In this document: positions 14,301 through 21,004 of the stretch, in pieces
How the letters are laid out: every line of letters starts with the position of its first letter
Numbering within the stretch: position 1 is the first letter of the stretch
NCBI GenBank assembly: GCA_024181965.1
Contig: BQXS01010791.1
Span: forward strand, 1 to 36,551
DNA: 36,551 bases
Direction of reading: 5' to 3'
DNA from: Aduncisulcus paluster
Lineage: Eukaryota
Made by a program: the position numbers and the translations under genes
Notes under the pieces: generated by a model
What the model saw: only the letters and a program-made list of their open reading frames with translations
Told to the model about the DNA's origin: nothing
Database searches by the model: none

Positions 14301-14876
14301 TGAAGATGTGTTAGGGAGGAAGGAGGTAGAGAAGGTAATATCGGAACAATTCGTAATATCGAGATAATTTATATTGTTTCCCGTATCAAACCACAGATCT
14401 GGGAGAGATGAAGCGGATGATTGGGCCAATGATAAAGATTTTAGAGATGGGAAGTTAGACTGTAAATTAATTAAGATAAGAGAGGGATTATCGCCCAAAG
14501 ACAAACTTTGAAGGTTGGGAGTATATTTAGAGAGTTCAGTGAAGAGAGAATTCATAGTGCTGTTGTCTAGTCCACAATCATTAAAATATGCTGAGGTTGT
14601 GGTGCCATCGAGTTTGTTGAAGATCGTGTCAGCAGACATCATGTCAACATCTTCGATGAGAAGTCCTGCACAATCTAAAATATCCGTTTGAATCGAAGCA
14701 GCTGGAATGATGGCTAAAGAAGAAGTAAGGTTTGTACATGATATTGTCTGACATGAAGATGAGATAGTTGACACATATTGACACACACATCTGCTAGCTC
14801 CACACTCTGACGTTGAAAATGAAGGTAAAATCAAAAAAATTAGAAAAATCAAAATATTTATGGTGAGATATCTCAT
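2385..14876 (-). CDS. Giant (~4,160 aa) type I membrane/surface protein with alternating internalin-like LRR blocks and EGF-like cysteine-rich repeats
   Basis: Uninterrupted 12.5-kb ORF. Signal-peptide-like MRYLTINILIFLIFLILPSFSTS from ATG 14876 (the frame extends to ATG 14954). Many LxxLxLxxN and 'ISDISPL' LRRs, many CxCxxGWxGxxC EGF motifs, one TM helix VGLIILIILTIISVLFALFGLILWFV (~2895-2972) and a Ser/Lys-rich cytoplasmic tail. Confidence 0.93.
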   Translation of the reverse strand: MRYLTINILIFLIFLILPSFSTSECGASRCVCQYVSTISSSCQTISCTNLTSSLAIIPAASIQTDILDCAGLLIEDVDMMSADTIFNKLDGTTTSAYFNDCGLDNSTMNSLFTELSKYTPNLQSLSLGDNPSLILINLQSNFPSLKSLSLAQSSASSLPDLWFDTGNNINYLDITNCSDITFSTSFLPNTSSFTIVGGSDDCVAGVLDELQSTVTQLTIHEIDDSGGCGGIMSSQKFDDNLEELSITFASGKGLCLYSLENLEYPKLVSLTLINSPMKGFQTDLSSITPSLEYLEIIYSTSYSSFPVTFDSLPSTLETLILQGLYNLALSSLFIDSVQVDNIKTIRIRDSTITDELTTPIQQIIETMEFTNVVLSPVIPDENIQSFFGRFVYNLEITNSTSLSVNSISEIEFLTSLSILNNNISDISPLFGLQYLETVDLSDNIIYDFTPLFTHKQISSLEFSNNYMCYVEDSSDISSLLTFSNERMFPNLETSPISVEIDANQCMDNQCVSSFTSCPSIFENEIYSTSTSLACAFVSTEDTDTDTCQLISCPFVRGKILELLGKDDSYFITFADIRAQLTGTLDLSDISDSITTLRGLEFATSLTGLVLDDYDLSQSKEDRDIVKSLTRPVINSSGSMIYASLTSLSLARCNIDMLEDVIEFSTLGLLKKNGSSYPIALESLDVRGNNLSDISVLITSLRSPMTTLTYLNVDENMICDIESLRSPSGPFLNGTALSTFSSYSQEQCPCYPAFPVWNLHSVCRKLINSNAPVLYQMECMYGYYLDKDSNECVQYTSTTLLECQTACHDDDHGVGGGYMLGSPLKRCVYSGSEMICENRNGYNYLFTANSCPSNDSTICGVFATCDTSTFICQCPPSSYVNDSGYCTSEIGCTDCSSDSVCARLSDGSFECQCAEGSFFNGITCIEDSSYCGKIGDDFCGIHGECLSSSCVCSEGWSNSLCEIGCELIDGKVCSGSDKGTCTSTTSPGYYDTCECTNDANGYQLYEGDNCEYIYVPDPVLHAAICSLSFSITTCNILPAFMDFTELTGITGDISTFQGLQLATSLQTLSITGSNSSEVSLTTTDFSLFLPISSLTTLELDSVSMDSDVSLASLINLTSLSLKNYNLDSFSVGDDGFDIADLSIVSLNLDGNSFSSIPDLTGLTELENLSLGSISLSGVEDVNALLVSNIPYSSIVSLDLTSAVFPVDTLIDFSSFSVMTSLNLNLSNSSRIDISSTQLDGSTFSSNASSFTELHIDNITNFSYLGNFDSLKKLSMRNCGFTVVPGTNSAPALHSSVMPILSYLDMADNDMSSLSTDYPFGEAFEAFAAIEYLDMSRCHFPKLFSLPSHVSTLILDDPFANDHETFLFSSAPNLETLYLANTEYVRNISFADTKLTDLSHISSAVKENIISLYLNGVSAFDDDDALTLSSFSNLINVDLSATAVTKFPPNLPSSVASLTMTDLSLSYTDIDEFYENIQALPSGIESIDLTNSTISVSIADALLDFSHLPNLESISFGTKISISRINLSNTSFTDLTKLTGEASLNSSLVELHLDGVSLTSNLDSFSSLVKLSLRGCGLTSFPTLNSLVGDSLEFLDLGNDSDDANKNVFSCSSSFFDMEFSNLSYLDLSYTSLDCDIVEIITSPIISLVEYRGIGNLISTIDTLNFSNFKSLSTFDLSNNSSLEDLFLTDTSVSDLSQFDSISTQLTYLSLLNCPNINDTNAEDLNSFTNLTSLFISEANLTSIPDLSSLTKLTSFALESVASFTAVSTGEFTTTLDLLSKTLENISFSWTNLDFLINGLDLSKFSELSSLSVLGTGVKILDVSDTKLVNLLADFSSLEELYLDNVSTFTSYDFSNYLVLTVLSLENCGLTSMPTLYTSIEDLYLGKNELTIIDILTLNDLVNLNVLDLSDNSSITDITPLFDDLDFDIQKRLTELYFQGNELDSSITALNFDDFRELSILRLTSQSLESLDLQGTKISDITQMGDCFDSILDLKVGAISSASQSFLSSLSSLTSLSLLSTEMEVFPDLSNLGLISIFLDTCSLDDSISSVLTSLSNTLEEISIVDLTYDSTIANSSSLSFSKFQSLSFLELEGLSSITELDLSDCTAMQNLEVSGDVVDQLTLLNVSNIELNSGVLVQFANLTTLIAKNCGFVDFPELSTTSLEVLNVSNNEDLNEFLDCSDASNSCGSFTSVNIAHTDISSIIPLCSRENDGITTCSQAPISLESLDISGLSISPSELMYFTLDSLTAVSCLFVEYSLWSIPTSVLKLDLRDNELNDISPLLRLSSLTELYLDGNRICGILESDDPTDFQDNELTASSSILSSFLSNMSSLSTLDQDSSLCDCPSSGFQLNSICRTVWFGSSDQSVTRFDCMKAFMRNYGEEENQGHLVCDEIPTLTSEMVELFANDEENHWQAVVKDDISQINLTCIEGWYGNDCDIQCDNNCSYHGVCNLDNHVCVCEIGYGTFSCEEQQCSDTTCSTLTTGQCVYADAEALYPSHAWVCSCPTNEYNDVNDDLIPCCTSYCNSGLGCGNIDTSDSNVSSLHCLPFQTVYGVVDPSHEADWTCGCELNWYLSLDDSYYLTDVCLDGTEYCDCIQDQGSCVSDFFDSSIIKCECYSDINGDYVWFGSDCSADCPTDENDVICGGHGQCDSDTHVCDCSYDSYLDQTSGICIAPSECYGCSEHGKCTLGDDDVASCVCTEGWYYDTCTSECPVNDAGVLCSDHGDCGNDHLCACDVGWGSENCSVQYCSDSSCGGSGECFIVQYEPYSWSCSCDESFQSVLVDPSSSTFHCQSRCNNGLDCSIYGDCVQSSEAPTDTWECSCLSTAYLDEVSGYCVDASGEDNACEGCVEGHGQCVLMPDGVEVTCQCFEDESGSPIWFDPTCSSFCPINDVSDSFEYEIMCSGFSCDPSTHLCDCGDEYYGDACEYVYFSDFYLQIALCEVLGKNSACDLTSADLARLPSTLDLSDNVLITGALSPLSHGTKVTEINLSNCTSLSNINGIGAVLNLISLDLSGCTSLIDASSLSSSPLESLNLSYSGVTDISVLNGYYLNYLDLSGIQLSSELSADLATLSNLSSLILHDCALQTIPDICNLASELTFLDLSGNNLRNTDGLQCLTYLESLDLSYNRIYDLYSLSNLHYLQSIDISHNYILDLISLYELNGTLTTLDLENNLLGGGVSSADLALKFPTTTSSSSSPQNSGVIVGDQTTMYTTSLGIECPNPVLNSMICRVIGVEPDGDLIIDLECAADSVRIVSSQSITCETPAFNSDVSLLETCVNPQKECVGVYNDEFSMKVRCFRGWYGDSCDSACPTDIDGLICAGYDCLEDSHSCECPEGLTGELCSFEDVALDLYEEIDSSFIDLLCENIPNVECDDSQDSSISKSMLVSDVTDLKSLVIPSNVLSIEGIQFCEQLELLIFEDGSLITDFSPISNLRKLVTIVFPGDITISSIKSLYSGVVSLKETIMSSIYDYYQLNCVGLCSLQGIFMSGCLSIDSMSDLNEILSWTNLFSQCIGSECIQTNYNPMVESLTTLDISYCPISDPSLLFLHSSLQNLVSLDFSNSNISDMSLVSSVMTTLPIYRINLDQNYLPCDDTDDCRSLLELKIGESVDNLQWSASSQRSMSCGENQEMPCDYSTDYRVCSSWNGTEESCTCEGNAFFDEIENDCVVSDSCSLCGGERGLCVSDGDIQYCECYADWYGDDCSSPCPIYESVQCNQPHGICGSISHSCLCDINYVGSACQLYCNDFDTCGGNGNCSVEIVTTTSGEVEVSSCSCNSGWFGAYCEYPYPVESIYSEDLSVFIDYVCGKDYSDDSTEGSSYQEYAETTTGTCDCSSHGLATDALTGICLDPASHPEYRDVDGNDTACMNCGSEEGSYAECIIDGTSRTATCECDYGWGNESLSDLESVNSTIEKKCSVDVCLVGIGTETIEYDGLCSSHGICTYLSDSSEYFCLCEDGWNGVSCSQPDDAPVGLIILIILTIISVLFALFGLILWFVEKRKGDKTGHDSSQFRPRNVKGDVIKQEKDIQELVWGNDLSFHLQERSSDGFTHPSRQVHVIHDDSEASGGQFDSFSESRFVSRISPVPIPIIDPHSSDHSHSSSLETSSTAFSEPKTETLKVKIMKRKKISKKSKKSHKISSKTFLQPLSVSQTQKKKKNRKKKDNV

Positions 14877-15490
14877 AATTCCAGAATAAATATTCCAAAA
14901 GAGCCCACTATTATTATGAACTCGAACATGATTGTTTCTGCTCATAAATTCCATATCTAGTTAACGAATATATATTTAAACGTGCTATTATTATTAAAAT
15001 ATTGATCTAAAAAATCTTCAAATAATAAGATTCTGATCAAACCGATGATTTATTTTTTTTTTGTGGACTAAACTACATTTTTGATAAATTCTTATAAAAT
15101 GAGGAGAAAATTACTAAAGTAAAAAATATGTTGCAATATCATGTCCTTTACTGTGGTGGTGGGCAACTTATTGAACTTCAAGTTGAAATGGATCAACACT
15201 TTTGATTCATAAGAGCTACCAAAGGCCACGTAACCCAACTTATTCAGGTTCACTCGAAAATTCTTTGGGTTTGAAGCTCGGCAAAAAGGGCTCCAAGAAT
15301 ATCATGGACTCCAGTCAAGAGATTATCACAATACGCTAATAAAGAGGAGGCACGCCCATCGAAGAGATGACATGAACTGTATTATAGCTAAGAAGTACTC
15401 TACAATTAATTAATTGCTTGAGAAATGGGAATATTACGCCAATAACTTGAAATATATATATCGGTTTGATCAGCTCCTTATTCTTCAATA

Positions 15491-16956
15491 CTATTCATCT
15501 GGTGGTGGTATAAACTCCCTCATAACAATGGGATGATGATGGGATGTGGTATCCCTTCGTTGTTGTTGCTTTCTATGATGTTTCGGTGATTCAGATTCAT
15601 ATTCTGTTTTATAATCGCTCTTGTAAACATCAAAATGACCATTTCGTTGAATATCTATAAAATTGAAAGAATCTCCAAAGGGAATCGGAGAGCAAGAAGA
15701 ACTGGACTCCTTCGACTTTGAGGTAGAGCTTGTTTGTTCACATAATTTAGGGTCAGATTCATCTAATGAAGAAGTAAATAACGAAGGAGATGAGATAAGG
15801 AAAGAATTGGGAGATGATTGCGAAGAAGGAGAATCAAAATCACTCCCTTGACTCATTTTCCATGGAGAATGCCGTTTTACAAAGATAGTTGACTTGGGGG
15901 AATCAAAAGCTTTGCCACTTGATGATGGCTCTCTCTCTCTCATCGAAGAGTCCGTGGAAAGCATTGATGTGGAAAGAAGCATATCATCTCGAGGAAATAC
16001 AGGCGAAGATGATGAAGAATCATGTTCACCGTCTTTCTTAATTGGTTTAGGAGGACTGAGATGGAGTTTTGGTGGTGAGATTGATGGTTGTTTGGGGGTT
16101 ATGGGCTTTGAGATTCNNNNNNNNNNNNNNNNNNNNTAAGGAAAGAATTGGGAGATGATTGCGAAGAAGGAGAATCAAAATCACTCCCTTGACTCATTTT
16201 CCATGGAGAATGCCGTTTTACAAAGATAGTTGACTTGGGGGAATCAAAAGCTTTGCCACTTGATGATGGCTCTCTCTCTCTCATCGAAGAGTCCGTGGAA
16301 AGCATTGATGTGGAAAGAAGCATATCATCTCGAGGAAATACAGGCGAAGATGATGAAGAATCATGTTCACCGTCTTTCTTAATTGGTTTAGGAGGACTGA
16401 GATGGAGTTTTGGTGGTGAGATTGATGGTTGTTTGGGGGTTATGGGCTTTGAGATTCCAGATTTCTTAGCATGGGAAACAACCAGGGTCGAAAATGAAAA
16501 TGGTGACATTGGCGAGATAGACGTTTCTTTTCCTTCTTTTGTATGTGTTGATGGTTTTGACTTCGATTCGTATTCTTCTGAGTATTCTGAGGTATCAAGA
16601 TCTCTTTGAATCGATGGTGACCTATTATAATTTGATGATTGAGATATTTTTGGAGGAGAGGATTGAATATGGGGACTACTTATGCTTTGATTAGATTTCT
16701 TCTCAGTAATAGGTGATTTTATGGAGGGAGGGAGTTGTGGTTTTGAATATGGCTCTAAATCCTCTTGTTTATGTTTAATATGTTGAGATAATTCTTTTAA
16801 AATGTGTGATACATCAGCACATTCAACTTCAGGGATAGGGGATTCCAACCAAGCACGAATTGACGCAAAATCTTTAGAATGCGGTTGCACATCATACCCT
16901 GCCACTGATGGCCACTGTCTCGATGTAAAAAAATAATCCCATCTATTTTTTGACAT
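15491..16956 (-). CDS. Ser/Pro-rich hypothetical protein, 374 aa after collapsing the assembly overlap; may have a further 3' exon
   Basis: ORFs 16099-16956 and 15491-15982 share identical sequence. Removing the 20 N and one 321-bp copy gives a single 1125-nt reading frame. Confidence 0.8.
15796..16457. repeat. Exact 321-bp direct duplication (15796-16116 = 16137-16457) flanking a 20-N scaffold gap; probable unmerged contig overlap
   Basis: I saw no differences between the copies, and both end exactly at the gap edges (N at 16117-16136). Confidence 0.92.
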
Positions 16957-17156
16957 CCTAACTCTGTACTTTCAGCAAAAACAAGGATTTTTCATAATCT
17001 CTTCCACAAACTAAATATTTAAAAGAATAATACACATCAACTTTCATTAGAAACTTAATAATGGAAAATTATGATAAATAAATTCCTATTTATATCGTTT
17101 TTCAGGCCGAGATTAATTTCTGGCATTATTTCTGATAAAATAGAATTGGGAACAAT

Positions 17157-18104
17157 ATGAATCGATCTATTTCTTGCTTATTTTGGTTATGTAGTTTCAT
17201 TTTATCTGTTCAAATGGCATATTCTTCTGTCATTACTCTATCAGCTTCATACGAGCTCTTTCCAGATTATATTTCGGAGCAAGCTTTTACTTTAGATTCA
17301 TTACGTGATAAATCTTATGCATTTAGTGAAGCATATACTGATTCAACTGATTCCTACGATCTCTATGGTTGTGTTCTTTTTAGTACCCCTCAAATGCTCA
17401 CTGATCATGATGTTTGGATTTGTCCATCGTCATGTGCTAGCGAAACACCTTTGGCTGGATGTCCGGACGATTGTTTTTCAGTTGAGACTGATACAGAGTT
17501 TTTGGTCGCCTACAAACTTTATCGGATTTTCATTGACGTTGATCTTGTTGGAAGTGATGATGAATGGGTGGTTATGACACGTCAGGAAGTGTCAACGAAC
17601 TTTAGCTCAATCTCAAACACCTTTACAGTACCTACCCAATTGGTAATCACAGAATCTCCAGCTGGTACAATGACTTCCTTGGACTCAACGTTATCATATC
17701 TCGTTGTTCACCAAGCTAAGGATTCAAATGGATTATTTCTTGTTGAATATGGCTCTAGATTTACCTCTGAACAGGACTCTGGAATATACCAGAAACAAAA
17801 TGTGTCAGCAAATGGACTTGAGAATTCAATATCACTAATATTCGAATTCCCGGATACAGGGTCATCCATAGCCTCTAAAGTGACCGATAGAGATAGTGCA
17901 AGACAGGCTGGATGGTATATTAATGCAGCTTATTTCTATTCCAATCCGGACGGTGATTTTGTCGCTCAAATGAAAGGATCCCTTGTTCGAACATACGTCA
18001 GAACCGAACAGTCATGGGCATTGGTGAGTATTTCTGCTTGTTTGGTTGTTTTAGGCACTACTCTTGTCTTTGCCATCATAACTAAGTATTATGATAGATA
18101 TTGA
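17157..18104 (+). CDS. Secreted/single-pass membrane protein of unknown family
   Basis: 315-aa ORF with a hydrophobic N-terminus (ISCLFWLCSFILSVQMAYS) and a C-terminal TM helix (WALVSISACLVVLGTTLVFAII). The last codons may be altered by splicing. Confidence 0.85.
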   Translation: MNRSISCLFWLCSFILSVQMAYSSVITLSASYELFPDYISEQAFTLDSLRDKSYAFSEAYTDSTDSYDLYGCVLFSTPQMLTDHDVWICPSSCASETPLAGCPDDCFSVETDTEFLVAYKLYRIFIDVDLVGSDDEWVVMTRQEVSTNFSSISNTFTVPTQLVITESPAGTMTSLDSTLSYLVVHQAKDSNGLFLVEYGSRFTSEQDSGIYQKQNVSANGLENSISLIFEFPDTGSSIASKVTDRDSARQAGWYINAAYFYSNPDGDFVAQMKGSLVRTYVRTEQSWALVSISACLVVLGTTLVFAIITKYYDRY

Positions 18105-18903
18105 GTTAATTCAGCAAATATTGGGTTAACTTTTTCATACAGGTTTCATATGGGCCAATTTAACAAGCTTTCTGATTATATAACCATCTTATTGATATTA
18201 CTAACGCTAATATCTACAATCTTCATTCTTTCATTAAATATTATGAATGAATCTGATATTTCTCATGGATATTTAAATATTCAATTTATTATATTGGATA
18301 GAAAGTGGATTATGAAGTGGAAGGACGAGAATTGATCGACTCAATTCCACGGAGCCAATTGTAAATTGAGAGTGTTATTGTTGACAATTATTTACTGATT
18401 GGCAAACAATACTGTTATATTCAAGAGTTTGTGTATATTCTAAAAATAGAAATGTGGTATAATAATAGACGATATGAGAATGTCATTGTGTTCCAAATAC
18501 ACTCAACATGTATTTGTGAATAGATATCTTGACCAATCAGAGTGACTCTATTGTTTCCCTCTTCTCTCTCCTTCAATTATCATATAATAGTGGATCTAAT
18601 AAACATATATCTTTGTATACTTATTACTAGAAAGTTGTGTGTCAGTATAGTATAGGATAGATCTGGTATCGCATCATTTTCAAAGAGAGGCACGGACTCG
18701 AATTGAATAATATCATCTATACTGTCTTACTACTGTCGTACTACTATACTATGCTATCCTGCCCAACAATTAGATGATATCTATAGCCTATAGATAACCT
18801 GAGGTTATAGTACAGGACAAAAGAAAGACTCTGTCAAAGGTATGAAATCCGCAAGAAATAATCGGGAGAAAAAAAAAAAAAAATCATTTTTAAAAATGAT
18901 TGA

Positions 18904-18948
18904 TCATCTCTTAATCATCGAATTCATCTCTTAATCATCGAATTCATC
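18904..18948. repeat. 20-bp tandem duplication (TCATCTCTTAATCATCGAAT x2.25) copying the last codons and stop codon of the Nse1-like gene
   Basis: Read directly. On the minus strand GATGAATTCGATGATTAAGA occurs twice in tandem. Confidence 0.9.
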
Positions 18949-20818
18949 CGGATTAAACTCGTCACTTGATTCTTCATCATTTTCAATGAGAGAACCCTCT
19001 GAATTTTCTTCATCCATTGTGACAAATTGTTGTTGGGCAACTCTTCTTGATGGACGCTTAGTTTTGGTCTCAACCTCCTCTTCTTCTTCCTCTCCATCTT
19101 GCAGGAAAGAACTAGATGATTCTTCAGAGAATTCTTCTTCCTCTTCCTCTTCTTTCCTCTTCTTGCGACCCCTTCGAGCTGGAACTTTTGCTTTCTTGTT
19201 GTCCTTTGTTTTCTTGGCTGGTTGTTTCTTCTGCCTACTTGAAGTGGACTTTGTGGCAGTTGAGCTGGAGATCTGACTCTTTCCTTTTTTCCTTCCTTTC
19301 TTGCTGATAACAGTTTCTTCAGTTTCCAAATCCTTCAAATCTTCTTCTTCCTCTTCTTCTTTATCTTTTGAGGTACCAATCCTTGAAGCTTGGTCATTTT
19401 GAGCCCCGAGAGTAAGGACACCACGTGGAGGTACCACTTCCTCTTCCTCTCCATCTTTCCCCTCTTCTTCTTCAGCATCCATTGTCTTCATTTCTTCTTC
19501 TCTCCTCTCCCTGATGAGTTCAATCATGTCACTACTGTTCACAGTGACCTTGCTTCCACATTTAGAACAACGGACAGGCTTGAAGAAGGAAGCATAATCA
19601 GTGGGACTAAATAGGGAAGATCCAGATGTATCGCCACGATCTCTGGCCTGCCTCTTCATCTTATCGCAATATTCATCAACAGATCTCTCAGCACAAGTGA
19701 TGCACATGACAGAGGAGCACTTAGTGCACACGCATCCATTTATACATACGCATGAACACACAGAGCATTCATATGTGTTAAGATCACGCATAAGCATGTC
19801 AAGCTCAACCTGAGAGCGGATACCAACGCTGAGAAGAGCGGAAGAAAGGGGAGGGAAGAAAGAAGATGCATTAACGAGCATAATGGGACTGTCAGTGGGA
19901 GACAATTTCTTGGAAGAAGAGGATACGGATGAAATATGGTCTGATGCGATGCCAGAACTATCCATAATCTCATGTTCATCTTTGGGACGAGATTCTTTGT
20001 CTTCTTCCTCAGAAAAAATTTGACTTCCTTCATCTTCTTCATCAAAATGCATATTAATTGTCCTGACAGCATCACTCATCGCATTTTGAATATTGTCACT
20101 CCGATTGGACCTTTTAGACTGGGTGGAATAGGCCGAATGAGAGTCGAAAGCTATCCCCCCTTCACGTCCATCCCAACGACAGAGATATCCTCCTGAAACT
20201 AACGTTTTCAAGGTATTAATGGAATCGGAATACGAAAGAACTGCGCCAAGATGTCCTCTTTTCTGGGAGGAAGAGGATTGTGAGAGAGTCATCTCTTGAT
20301 TACGCATGGCAATCAACTGATCAACGTGAACGGGGGCTGGAGCGGAAGTAAACATGTATTGCATAACACGATAGGCATATTGTGATTGTGGAATTGATAA
20401 AAATCTCGTGGGAGGGACTAATTCAGGAGCTTCAGTGGACTTCTGCTGACGAAATGGGTTTCCGCAGTGAAGAAGAGCAATGTGATGAACTCTAGGAGCT
20501 TTAGGTGTTATGGGAATAAATGTTTTGATACTGAAATGCTTGCCAAATTTGGATAGCAATTCTCTCAAAGACTTGATACTTTCTTCCAATGGTCCCAATG
20601 CATCTTCATTCCAATGAGCTTGCAGAGTAGCCAGTGGTAATAAGGGCCGTTTGATAAGTATCTGGAACGATATAATAATTGGAAAAGGGTAGAAAAGTAA
20701 ATATCAGAAACTTCGAAGGCTTACACTGTTTAATGCGCAAAAGAAAACATACATGAAAAAGAACGACATCATTCCTTATCTTTGGAGGCTCTGGTTGCTT
20801 TGGAACTTCCTCACTCAT
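18931..20818 (-). CDS. NSE1: Nse1/NSMCE1-like subunit of the SMC5/6 complex (winged helices plus RING variant, long acidic/basic tail); exons 20818-20753 and 20661-18931, ~598 aa
   Basis: The GTATGT...TTCCAG intron (20752-20662) joins MSEE...VLFH in frame to ILIKRPLL...LGPLEESIK. Motif order follows Nse1: LEESIKSLRELL, 'INTLKTLVSGGYL', 'LSVGIRSQVELDMLM', then CxxC...INGxxCxxC-x4-CxxC...RCxxC. Confidence 0.75.
20662..20752 (-). other. Spliceosomal intron (91 nt) in the Nse1-like gene
   Basis: GTATGT donor, pyrimidine-rich body, CAG acceptor. Removal fuses two otherwise separate ORFs in phase 0. Confidence 0.88.
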
Positions 20819-21004
20819 TTCCAAAATGGTGATTTGAGGTTGGAACGTTTTGAACTGATTATTATCTTTTTTGCGAGGTAAAATGAAATTTATTGATTAA
20901 TAAATGCTTGATTCTTTTGTTTAGTTTGAATATAGCTATCATATTTTGCTGAAAACATTTTTGTGCCATTTTCGAGTAATATACGGATTACAATGAAATA
21001 GAAA

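Noticed and set aside
15128-15205. + strand MLQYHVLYCGG... resembling the SelW/Rdx 'VxYCxxU' selenoprotein start, in a frame interrupted mainly by TGA
   Set aside because: The codon after CGG is GGG, not TGA. The downstream sequence lacks Rdx motifs and I see no SECIS.
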